IMG/VR virus record: IMGVR_UViG_3300020202_000001
Span: 160,419 to 224,418 of that record
Strand: one strand, 5' to 3'
Length of the DNA: 64,000 nucleotides
Part shown: in pieces, positions 54,852 to 62,919 of the stretch
How positions within the stretch are numbered: the stretch's first letter is position 1
Layout: each line of letters begins with the position of its first letter
Translations under genes and position numbers: made by a program
Notes under the pieces: model-generated
What the model saw: only the letters and a program-made list of their open reading frames with translations
The model's database searches: none
What the model was told of the DNA's origin: nothing

Positions 54852-57104
54852 ATGACCCTCGACTTCAGCACGCTCGCCAGGGAAGCCGCCGTCAGCCTGA
54901 CCAAGCAGGCCAAGGGTCCGGGCTTCGGCATGGCCGCCGTCAGCGCCGCCACGACCGCCGACGAGCCCCGCCGCCGCCGTGCCCCCGCGATCGAGCCCGA
55001 CCCGATCGTCGCCCCCGACGACGTCCGCCGCCTCGGCGAGGTGCTCACCCCGCCCCGCCGCCGCCCCCGCCCCCGCCAGACGATCCGCCGCCGGCCCGCC
55101 GCCCCGGTGAAGGCCGCCGGGCTGGTCAACCTCCCGCAGTTCGACCTGGACATCAGCCAGCCGACCATCGACGCCGCGATCGACGCGAGCTACCCCCGCA
55201 CCACGCTGACCGACAAGGGGCTGTGGGAGTCGCTCAAGGGCATGTTCCGCGGCCCCGACGAAGAGGAGGACGACAAGCAGGCCCTGGACCTCCGCTGGCT
55301 GGCCAAGCAGGCGGCCGGCGGCGGTGCCGTGGCGGACGACGTGGCCCGCGTCGCCGGCCCGGTCGCCCAGAAGGTCGCCCCCAAGGCCACGCAGGCCCTG
55401 ACGGCCGCCGCCGCCAAGGCCGCCCCCGCCGTCGCCCAGCCCGTGGCCGGTGCGGCCGGCGGTGCGATGAAGCTCAACCTGGGCGGGCTCGCCGACGAGG
55501 CGGCCGGCGCTGCCAACGCCGTGCGTCCCCCGACGCCCGGCGGCACGTTCTCCCTGCCCGCGGGCGGCCCCAAGCCCGTCACGCCCCCGCCGGCGGCCCC
55601 CGCGGCCCCTGCCGTCGCCCCTGCGGCCCAGCAGGCGGCACAGGCGGCCACCACGGGCATGCGGGGCCAGACCGCCCTGAACATGGCCGCCCGCACGCCC
55701 GGTGCCGTGGGCTCCGGCGCGTCCGCCTACTTCGACCCCAACTGGGACCGGAACAACGTCGGGTACGCCGACCCCCGCCGGCTCGCGACGGCGGCCGGTG
55801 CGACGGCGGCCGGGTACACCGGAGCGGGCCAGCGGATGGCGGTCGGGCACTCGGTCGGGTTCGGCGGCGACATGGTCCGCGGGATGGCCGGTGCCGAGGG
55901 CGACGCGGGCCTGCGGTACTTCGGTGCCATGGCGGGCCTCGGGACGAACGCCCCGGGCCTCCGCCAGCGGACCGGCAACATGTTCGCCCCCGGCACGGTG
56001 GGCGGGACGCTCGGCCCCAAGGCCCTGATGGCCGGCGGGATGGCCGCGACCGGCGTGGGCGGCGTGCAGCTCGCCCGGGACGTCGTCGGGCGGGAGATCA
56101 CGACCCGGGCCACGCAGGAGACGGACAAGGCGTTCCGCCAGGCCGGGATCGGCGACGCGGCCCGCCAGCGGTTCGCCCAGATCACGGACGCCGAGAACGC
56201 GATCTTCCACGGGGCGAACGACGGGTACGCGAAGCTCAAGCAGCTCCGCCCCGACCTGTACGAGGCGAGCATCGACCCGCAGACCGGCCAGTTCAACCCC
56301 GAGCTGGCCGCCAACGCCCTCCGCACGGAGAAGCTGGGCGTCGGGATGCAGAACTACGGCGTCCCGATCAACCCCCAGCAGGCGGCGGGGCTGATGGACA
56401 CGGTCAGCCAGTTCCGGGAGAACCCCTCGGCCCTGATCGACCACGCGGTCAAGAGCGTCACGCCCGAGCAGAAGACGCAGTGGCTCGCCCAGCTCGTGCG
56501 GGGCACGCCCGTCGAGGGCCTGCTCGGCGGGGCCGGCGGCGGGCTGCTCGGGCTCCTGAGCGGCGGGGGCGGCGCTGCGGCGGGGATCATGGGCGTGCTC
56601 GACGGCGTCGCCAACAAGATGCTCGGGCTCTTCGGCATGGACGGCTCGAAGATGAGCGGCGTGCAGAAGGTCCTGGTCATGCTGGGCGGGATCGGCGTGG
56701 TCGCCGGCGGCGTGTCGGCCCTGCTGGGCGGCAAGGGCCTCGGGGCCGGGCTGGCCGTCGTCGGCGGGCTCGGGATGGCCGCCGGGCTGTTCGGGGACAA
56801 GCTGGGCATCGGCAAGGAACAACCGGCGGCCGGCGGCGGGGGCGGCGACGCCAACCCGACCGCCGCCGCCCCCAAGCAACAGCAGGGCGACCAGGGCTTC
56901 GAGTCCGCCCTGCAGTCCGAGGTCGTCAGCCTGCTGCAGGGCAACGGCCTGCCCCCGGACGCGTTCACGAGCCAGGACCCGGCCGTGAAGCAGCTGCTGG
57001 AGGTGAAGATGCAGGACCCGCAGTTCCGCCAGCAGCTCGAACAGCTGCAGCAGGCGGGCGAGGCGGGCGTTCTACCGCCGCGGGAGACGGGGAACATGAT
57101 GTGA
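54852..57104 (+). CDS. large Ala/Gly-rich protein with hydrophobic segments (putative virion/ejection protein)
   Basis: 750 aa; K-x-A motifs in the N-terminal third; glycine-rich TM-like stretches near the C-terminus. Confidence 0.8.
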   Translation: MTLDFSTLAREAAVSLTKQAKGPGFGMAAVSAATTADEPRRRRAPAIEPDPIVAPDDVRRLGEVLTPPRRRPRPRQTIRRRPAAPVKAAGLVNLPQFDLDISQPTIDAAIDASYPRTTLTDKGLWESLKGMFRGPDEEEDDKQALDLRWLAKQAAGGGAVADDVARVAGPVAQKVAPKATQALTAAAAKAAPAVAQPVAGAAGGAMKLNLGGLADEAAGAANAVRPPTPGGTFSLPAGGPKPVTPPPAAPAAPAVAPAAQQAAQAATTGMRGQTALNMAARTPGAVGSGASAYFDPNWDRNNVGYADPRRLATAAGATAAGYTGAGQRMAVGHSVGFGGDMVRGMAGAEGDAGLRYFGAMAGLGTNAPGLRQRTGNMFAPGTVGGTLGPKALMAGGMAATGVGGVQLARDVVGREITTRATQETDKAFRQAGIGDAARQRFAQITDAENAIFHGANDGYAKLKQLRPDLYEASIDPQTGQFNPELAANALRTEKLGVGMQNYGVPINPQQAAGLMDTVSQFRENPSALIDHAVKSVTPEQKTQWLAQLVRGTPVEGLLGGAGGGLLGLLSGGGGAAAGIMGVLDGVANKMLGLFGMDGSKMSGVQKVLVMLGGIGVVAGGVSALLGGKGLGAGLAVVGGLGMAAGLFGDKLGIGKEQPAAGGGGGDANPTAAAPKQQQGDQGFESALQSEVVSLLQGNGLPPDAFTSQDPAVKQLLEVKMQDPQFRQQLEQLQQAGEAGVLPPRETGNMM

Positions 57105-57146
57105 TCGAGCTGTAGCGTGCGGGGTCCACCGAACGTGGAGGCGGTC

Positions 57147-57356
57147 ATGGAGGACCGAGGCCCGTGTCTCTGGTGGTTCATGTGCGAGGTCACGATGGTG
57201 GCGACGGCCTGCCAGGCCCTCGGCGTGACCCCCGCGGACGTGCTGTACAGGCGTCACCAGATCGGCGTGGTCGACGACCCGCTGCGGCTGGCGACCGAGA
57301 CCGAACTGCGTGCGGAGGGCTGGCAAGTCGTGCTGCCCCTCCAGCACCGAATGTAA
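57147..57356 (+). CDS. small hypothetical protein
   Basis: RBS ggagg, 69 aa. Confidence 0.5.
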   Translation: MEDRGPCLWWFMCEVTMVATACQALGVTPADVLYRRHQIGVVDDPLRLATETELRAEGWQVVLPLQHRM

Positions 57357-57358
57357 GT

Positions 57359-57636
57359 GTGCGAGGCACGAGGCCTCTCCGCCGGCTGGGCAGGGCGACT
57401 AACGGGACGCCCGAGACCATGGCGGCGGGGCCTTAGCGGCGGCGGGTGGCGGGAAACCGCCCGCCGTCGCAGGTGCCCTCCCCGGGAGGAAGCCCCAGCC
57501 AGCAGGGGCACCCGGCACGGACGTGGCGTGGCGGGGCGAGGGTTATCACCCCGCCCCGGGCGGACCCTTCGCCCTTCGACCCCCGCCCGCGCGAACGTAC
57601 GGTGAAAGCCCTGCGTGCGTCCGTGTCGCCTCGCAC
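57359..57636 (+). ncRNA. candidate structured non-coding RNA (about 280 nt)
   Basis: 9-bp closing stem gtgcgaggc/gcctcgcac, several nested stems, two GAAA tetraloops; no credible ORF. Confidence 0.5.
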
Positions 57637-57638
57637 CC

Positions 57639-57662
57639 GATCCAAAAGCCGGTTTTTGAAAG
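57639..57662. promoter_or_regulatory. palindrome copy
   Basis: gatcca-aaag-ccgg-tttt-tgaaag. Confidence 0.75.
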
Positions 57663-57674
57663 GACTCATCCACC

Positions 57675-58367
57675 GTGCAAGCCACCACCTTCGAGACGTA
57701 CACCCCGCCGCTCACCCCCGACCTCGGCCTCCGCGTCGGCGACCAGGCCCTGTTCGGCGTGTTCCTCGCCACCGACCAGGACCTCGACCGCCCGGTGCGG
57801 GTGTGGGTCAAGCCGAGCGACGGCCTCCAGGTCACGCCCCGCCTGCTCCAGCTCTCCCCGCAGGCCCGCTCGGCCACGTTCGGCGTGACCGCCGCGGCCG
57901 TGGGGCGGAACACGCTGCGGTTCGAGAACGACGGGGACCTGCGGAACCCGCCGCCGGTCGAGTTCGGGTCGTACCGCCTGCGGGAGGACGGCCAGCCGCT
58001 GGTCCTGCCGCCCGCCGTCGAGCCCGAGCCCAAGGCCGAGGAGCGGAAGCCCGAGCCGACGCCGCCGGCCGTGGACGCGCAGCCGGCCAGCCCGCCGCCC
58101 CCGCCGGACGACGGCTCGGCCCCGATGCCCCCGGAGATCGTCCCGAACGGCGGGCCGTTCACCCACCCGGTCACGGTCGAGCTGCGGTGCGAGATCCCGG
58201 CCTGCGAGATCTGGTACACGCTCAACGGGGCGGACCCCGGCGTGAACGAGGGCTACCCGTACGTCGAGCCGTTCGTCGTGCACAAGAACACCATGGTGCG
58301 CGCCGTGGCCGTCCGCAACGGGCTGGCCAGCCAGCACGCGGTCGCCCGGTTCGTGAAGCGAGGCTGA
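57675..58367 (+). CDS. protein with Fn3-associated (chitobiase C-terminal-like) Ig domain
   Basis: PNGGPF...VTVEL...IWYTLNGADP...YVEPF....VRAVA; Pro-rich linker. Confidence 0.75.
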   Translation: MQATTFETYTPPLTPDLGLRVGDQALFGVFLATDQDLDRPVRVWVKPSDGLQVTPRLLQLSPQARSATFGVTAAAVGRNTLRFENDGDLRNPPPVEFGSYRLREDGQPLVLPPAVEPEPKAEERKPEPTPPAVDAQPASPPPPPDDGSAPMPPEIVPNGGPFTHPVTVELRCEIPACEIWYTLNGADPGVNEGYPYVEPFVVHKNTMVRAVAVRNGLASQHAVARFVKRG

Positions 58368-58370
58368 GCC

Positions 58371-59081
58371 GTGGCCGACGAGACGATCGTGCTGTTCGGC
58401 ACCCACGCGTGGGACGACCTGGCCCGCCACCACTGGGCGCTGCTGACGCGGCACAACCCGGGCCTGCGGTGCGTGCCCGTGGCGTGGGCGGGCCGCAACC
58501 TGCCGGCCGAGGTGCGGACGGTGCGGCACCCGCCGTTCCGCACCAGGGAGCCCGACTGGGAGTGGGCGAGCCCCGACAAGCTGCTCGTCGGGGCCGTCCG
58601 CCAGCTCGACCTGCGGGCGGACCGCTACCTGTGGCTGGAGTACGACACCGAGGTCACCGGGGACCTGTCCGTCGCCCTCGCCGCCGCCTGGCACGCGGAG
58701 CTGGGCTGCAGCCGGTTCTTCACCCGCAAGGACGTCCCGGTGTGGAACCACTGGCACCGGTGCCCGAGCTTCCACCGCGGGTGGACCGACCCGGCGAGCT
58801 ACGCGGTCTGCCACCCGTTCAACGGCCTGCTGTTCGACCGCCGCACGATGGAGCGGTTCTGCCACCACGGCGACGAGCTTGACTACTGCGAGGCCCGCGT
58901 CGGGACGTTCGCCCTCCGCCACGGTATTGTGCCCGTCCAATACGACCCGCAGATGCGGTTCAACCACTGGATGGAGTCGCGGCTCGACCCGAAGGTCAGC
59001 TGCGGCATGCGGCACCCCACGAAGACGATCCGAGGAGAGACGCCCCGTGCTCATGTTCACCTACGTCTACCGGGATGCTGA
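58371..59081 (+). CDS. hypothetical glycosyltransferase-like protein
   Basis: YLWLEYDT resembles a GT-A DxD region; context among glycan genes. Confidence 0.5.
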   Translation: MADETIVLFGTHAWDDLARHHWALLTRHNPGLRCVPVAWAGRNLPAEVRTVRHPPFRTREPDWEWASPDKLLVGAVRQLDLRADRYLWLEYDTEVTGDLSVALAAAWHAELGCSRFFTRKDVPVWNHWHRCPSFHRGWTDPASYAVCHPFNGLLFDRRTMERFCHHGDELDYCEARVGTFALRHGIVPVQYDPQMRFNHWMESRLDPKVSCGMRHPTKTIRGETPRAHVHLRLPGC

Positions 59082-61038
59082 CCTCCTCCCGCACTTCGTC
59101 GACCACTACGCCGCCCGGGGCTGCCGGGTCGTCGCGATCGTCAACCTGAACACCGCCCCGCCCGGCCTCCGCGAGAAGGTCGAGGCCGTCCTCGCCTCCC
59201 GCCCGGCCGAGTTCCAGGTGCTGGCGTGGGAGGACGTGCCGTACGACGTCCGCACCGCCACCGACGTGCGGCTGGAGGCCCACCGCCGGCGGCTCGTGCC
59301 CGAGGGCGGCTGGTGGGCCAAGGCGGACGTGGACGAGCTGGTCGAGCTGCCGGCCGGGCACGCGTCGTTCCCCGCCCTCGCCGGGGCCGCCGATGCCTCG
59401 GGGGCGAACTGCGTGCACGGCTACTGGGTCGACCGCGTGGCCGCCGGCGGCGAGATGCCCGCCGTGCTGCCGGGCGTCCCGCTCGACTGGCAGTTCCCGC
59501 TCGGCGGGGACGTGACCCGCCGCCTGTGCCCCCGGGTGAACCACCGCAAGCTCGTCCTGTTCAAGGCCGTGCCGGGCATGACGATGATCGGCGGCTGCCA
59601 CGGCTGCCCCGGCGTCGAGCAGCGGCTGCGGGGCGTCGACCTACGCGTCCACCACTTCAAGTGGACGGCGACGCTCGGGGACCGCCTGCGGGACCGGTGG
59701 GAGCGGTACCGCGACCTGGACGTGCCGTGGTGGCGGGAGAGCAAGGACATCTGCGAGGCGCTGGAGCGGAACGGGTGGCGGGTGCCGACCGACCGGCTCC
59801 GCGAGGTCAAGCCGGCCCCCAGGCACTCGCACAAGGGCTGGTCGGTCGATGCCCAGGACGTGGCGGCCATGCGGGAGGTGGCGACGACGCACGGGGCCAG
59901 GACGGTGCTGGAGTTCGGCCCCGGGGCGAGCACGGCCGCCTTCCTCGACCTCGGGCTCGACGTGACCTCGTACGAGCACGACCCGGCGTGGCTGGCGAAG
60001 CTGCGGGCCGAGCTGCCGGCGGGGGCCAAGCTGCACGGGTACGCCAACGCCGAGCGGCTGTCGCTGCCGGAGATCGAGGGGCGGGCGTTCGACCTCGCCC
60101 TCGTCGACGGCCCGCCCGGCATCCCCGAGGCCCCGCCGTACAACCGGTTCAACGCCGCCGCCGTCTGCGCCGCCGCCTCGCCGCTGGTGCTCGTGCACGA
60201 CGCCCGCCGCGACCGCGAGCGCGCCCTGGTCGCCGGGTACGCCGCCAGGGGCTGGGGCGTGCGGGCGTGGGACACGCACCGGGGGCTCGCCCTGCTGACC
60301 CGCCCCGTGCGGATCTCGTACTGCACGACGTGCGGCAACCGCCTCGACGACCTGAAGGCCACGCTGCCGGTCAACCTGTCCCTGCTCGGCCCCGGCGAGG
60401 AGCTGGTGCTCGTCGTGTACGCCGACCGCAGCGGCACGGCCGAGTGGGTCACGGCCGCGTTCCCCCGCGAGCTGGCCGCCGGCCGCCTCCGCCTTTACAC
60501 GGCCAGCGCCGACCGCTTCCTCCGATCGCACGCCAAGAACGTCTGCCACCTGCTCGGGCGGGGCTCGGTGCTGGTCAACGTCGACGCCGACAACCGCCTG
60601 GACCCCCGCTACCTGTACAAGCTCCGCCGCCACGACTTCCGGCACGCCGCCGTCCTGTACGCCGGCTACGGCGCGGGCGGGCACAAGGGGCGGGTGGCGA
60701 TCACGTCGGCCCTCTTCCGCCAGATGGGCGGGCACAACGAGCAGCTGCGGGGGTACGGGCAGGAGGAGGTCGACCTGATCCGCCGCGTGTGGGCCGTGGG
60801 CGTGAACACCGTGCCGCTCTGGGTCGACCCGGCGACGGCCATCCCGACCAGCGACGAGGTGCGGGCCGAGGCGAACGACCCGGGCCTCTCCGCCCAGGAC
60901 TCCGACCGCCTCCACGCCGAGCTGACGCAGGCCGACGTGGACGCCGGCCGGCTCGTGGCGAACGCCGGCCAGCCGTGGGGCGTCGCCGACCTCGTCGACC
61001 ACGCCGGCAGGGCTCGGGCGGCGGGTTGTTTTCCCTGA
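59047..61038 (+). CDS. fusion of GT2-like, SAM-methyltransferase and GT2/GT7-like domains
   Basis: KADVDEL; VLEFGPGAST...LALVDGP...VHD; ISYCTTC, NVDADN, GHNEQLRGYGQEE. Confidence 0.75.
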   Translation: MLMFTYVYRDADLLPHFVDHYAARGCRVVAIVNLNTAPPGLREKVEAVLASRPAEFQVLAWEDVPYDVRTATDVRLEAHRRRLVPEGGWWAKADVDELVELPAGHASFPALAGAADASGANCVHGYWVDRVAAGGEMPAVLPGVPLDWQFPLGGDVTRRLCPRVNHRKLVLFKAVPGMTMIGGCHGCPGVEQRLRGVDLRVHHFKWTATLGDRLRDRWERYRDLDVPWWRESKDICEALERNGWRVPTDRLREVKPAPRHSHKGWSVDAQDVAAMREVATTHGARTVLEFGPGASTAAFLDLGLDVTSYEHDPAWLAKLRAELPAGAKLHGYANAERLSLPEIEGRAFDLALVDGPPGIPEAPPYNRFNAAAVCAAASPLVLVHDARRDRERALVAGYAARGWGVRAWDTHRGLALLTRPVRISYCTTCGNRLDDLKATLPVNLSLLGPGEELVLVVYADRSGTAEWVTAAFPRELAAGRLRLYTASADRFLRSHAKNVCHLLGRGSVLVNVDADNRLDPRYLYKLRRHDFRHAAVLYAGYGAGGHKGRVAITSALFRQMGGHNEQLRGYGQEEVDLIRRVWAVGVNTVPLWVDPATAIPTSDEVRAEANDPGLSAQDSDRLHAELTQADVDAGRLVANAGQPWGVADLVDHAGRARAAGCFP

Positions 61039-61081
61039 GGCACCGGAGTAACCTATCCCCCGAAAGGGTGAGAGGTCTCCT

Positions 61082-62236
61082 ATGCCGAAGATCCGCTACC
61101 AGAAGATCACGATCCGCGACGCCGACAAGCTCGACGCCATCGAGAAGGCGAACGTGCTGATCGAGTCCTACCAGTCGCAGGGGTACATGCTCACCCTGCG
61201 GCAGCTCTACTACCGGTTCGTCGCCGGCGACCTCTTCCCCGCCAGCCGCAAGTGGTCCAAGATCCCGGGCACGGACAAGTGGGTCCGCGACCCGAACGGG
61301 ACGATCAACGCCGAGCCGAACTACAAGTGGCTCGGGGACGTCGTCAGCGACGCGCGGATGGGCGGGTTCATGGACTGGGAGGCGATCGAGGACCGCACCC
61401 GCGAGGTCGACGAGGTCCCGCACTGGGAGACGCCGGCCGCGATCCTCTCGGCCTGCCACAACAGCTTCCGCGTCGACAAGTGGCTGACCCAGCGGAACCG
61501 GATCGAGGTCTGGGTCGAGAAGGACGCCGTCGAGGGCATCGCCAAGCAGGCCGCCCACGCCCACGACGTGCCGATCTTCTCGTGCCGCGGGTACAGCAGC
61601 CTGTCGAGCCTGTGGGAGTCGGCCAACCGCCTGAAGAAGCACATCAAGAACCGCCAGCGGGTCGTAATTCTCCACCTGGGCGACCACGACCCCTCGGGCA
61701 TCGACATGAGCCGGGACATCGAGGACCGGCTGAACACGTTCATCCACACCGACCTCCTGCACGAGACGATGGAGGACATCAAGGACTCGGGGCTGACGTT
61801 CCGCGACGACAAGGGCAAGGTGAAGGTCGACATGGTCTGCGCCCGGGCCGAGGACCTGTTCGGCATCCCCGCCGGCCGCTTCCTCGAAGGCAAGATGATC
61901 GAGGTCCGCCGCATCGCCCTGACCATGGAGCAGGTGGAGCAGTACAATCCCCCGCCCAACCCGGCGAAGACGACCGACGCCCGGTACAAGAAGTACCAGG
62001 AGGAGCACGGCGACGAGAGCTGGGAGCTGGACGCGCTGGAGCCCTCGGTGCTGGACCAGCTGATCCAGGACTCGATCGAGGGGATCAAGGACGCCGACCT
62101 GTACGCCGACCGCGAGGAGCTGGAGAACAAGCACCGGAAGAACCTCAAGATCTGCTGCGACAACTGGGACAACGGGCTGGCCGAGGTCGTGGCGAACTAC
62201 AAACCCAAGCCCGCCAAGAAGGGTAAGAAGAAATGA
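61082..62236 (+). CDS. Topo VI-A/Spo11-like protein (WHD tyrosine plus Toprim)
   Basis: TLRQLYY, EVWVEKDA, CRGYSS, LGDHDPSG, ELDAL. Confidence 0.7.
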   Translation: MPKIRYQKITIRDADKLDAIEKANVLIESYQSQGYMLTLRQLYYRFVAGDLFPASRKWSKIPGTDKWVRDPNGTINAEPNYKWLGDVVSDARMGGFMDWEAIEDRTREVDEVPHWETPAAILSACHNSFRVDKWLTQRNRIEVWVEKDAVEGIAKQAAHAHDVPIFSCRGYSSLSSLWESANRLKKHIKNRQRVVILHLGDHDPSGIDMSRDIEDRLNTFIHTDLLHETMEDIKDSGLTFRDDKGKVKVDMVCARAEDLFGIPAGRFLEGKMIEVRRIALTMEQVEQYNPPPNPAKTTDARYKKYQEEHGDESWELDALEPSVLDQLIQDSIEGIKDADLYADREELENKHRKNLKICCDNWDNGLAEVVANYKPKPAKKGKKK

Positions 62237-62448
62237 CGATCACCGGCACCGTGAAGTCCGTCCAGATCATCAGCTACACCAACGGCGGCCCGAACAAGGA
62301 GCCCACGCCGGGCACCGTGGAGGTCGGCGTCGTGCTGGGCGAGTGGCACAACGACGGGGAGCTGAAGTTCCGCGTCCCGCACGGCAAGGCGGCCCCGTAC
62401 CAGGTCGGCCGCGAGGTCACCCTCACCATCAAGCCGAAGGGCAAGTGA
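62233..62448 (+). CDS. small hypothetical protein
   Basis: ATGA overlap, high GC3. Confidence 0.7.
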   Translation: MTITGTVKSVQIISYTNGGPNKEPTPGTVEVGVVLGEWHNDGELKFRVPHGKAAPYQVGREVTLTIKPKGK

Positions 62449-62452
62449 CGCC

Positions 62453-62710
62453 ATGGCAGACGAGGTCGAGTTCGTCGAGATCACGATCGAGAAGGCCCCG
62501 CGGTGCCACTGGCACTCGAACTGCACGACCCCGAGGGCGGGGAGCGGCGTCATGAAGATCGTGCGGGAGGACGCCGAGGCCCAGCGCACGGTCTTCGAGT
62601 GCCTGGGCTGCGGCAAGTGGGGCTACGTTCCCTACGGCCACTCCTTCGGCGTCCCGTTCCGCTCGCCCCCTCTACCGCCGGAGGCCGTCGCATGTGCACC
62701 GGAACCCTGA
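62453..62710 (+). CDS. small zinc-binding hypothetical protein
   Basis: CHWHSNC and CLGCG. Confidence 0.65.
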   Translation: MADEVEFVEITIEKAPRCHWHSNCTTPRAGSGVMKIVREDAEAQRTVFECLGCGKWGYVPYGHSFGVPFRSPPLPPEAVACAPEP

Positions 62711-62919
62711 TCGAGATCCGACGTGACGCGGAGCTGATCCACGCCGAGCTTGTCGCCGGCGGGATGCAGGACTTCGACGTCTTCCTCTACCGGTACGCCA
62801 ACGCCTGCTGTGCCCTCGAACTCCTCCGGGAGGAGGGACGGGTGACCCGCAGCGCGTTCATGGTGTTGGCGGCCGATCCAAAAACCAGTTTTGAGAAGGA
62901 GCAACAGCCATGTGGATGA
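62692..62919 (+). CDS. small hypothetical protein
   Basis: RBS ggagg, ATG 62692; its C-terminal codons carry a palindrome copy. Confidence 0.55.
   Translation: MCTGTLIEIRRDAELIHAELVAGGMQDFDVFLYRYANACCALELLREEGRVTRSAFMVLAADPKTSFEKEQQPCG
62875..62898. promoter_or_regulatory. palindrome copy fused to an RBS
   Basis: gatcca-aaaa-ccag-tttt-gagaag then gag; ATG 62910. Confidence 0.8.

Noticed and set aside
54852-57104. Tape measure protein call
   Set aside because: Ala/Gly-rich with hydrophobic segments, but no periodic aromatic repeats and no tail-chaperone context, so it is left as a putative virion protein
786-57193. Many long minus-strand and alternative-frame ORFs (for example 9869-13777, 51022-54825, 10105-14487)
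   Set aside because: They shadow motif-bearing + strand genes, are R/G/P/V-rich and lack motifs and RBSs, as expected from strong GC3 bias
57384-57543. 5-nt periodic GGC-NN runs (ggctg ggcag ggcga; ggcgt ggcgg ggcga) as a possible repeat-coded guide
   Set aside because: Only three units each, mostly within predicted stems, and expected by chance at this GC content
57359-57636. RNase P RNA, group II intron domain V or cobalamin riboswitch
   Set aside because: Only superficial words (gaggaag, ggtgaaag, ggtgccc); the conserved P4 partner, the AGC triad with AC bulge and the B12 box are absent
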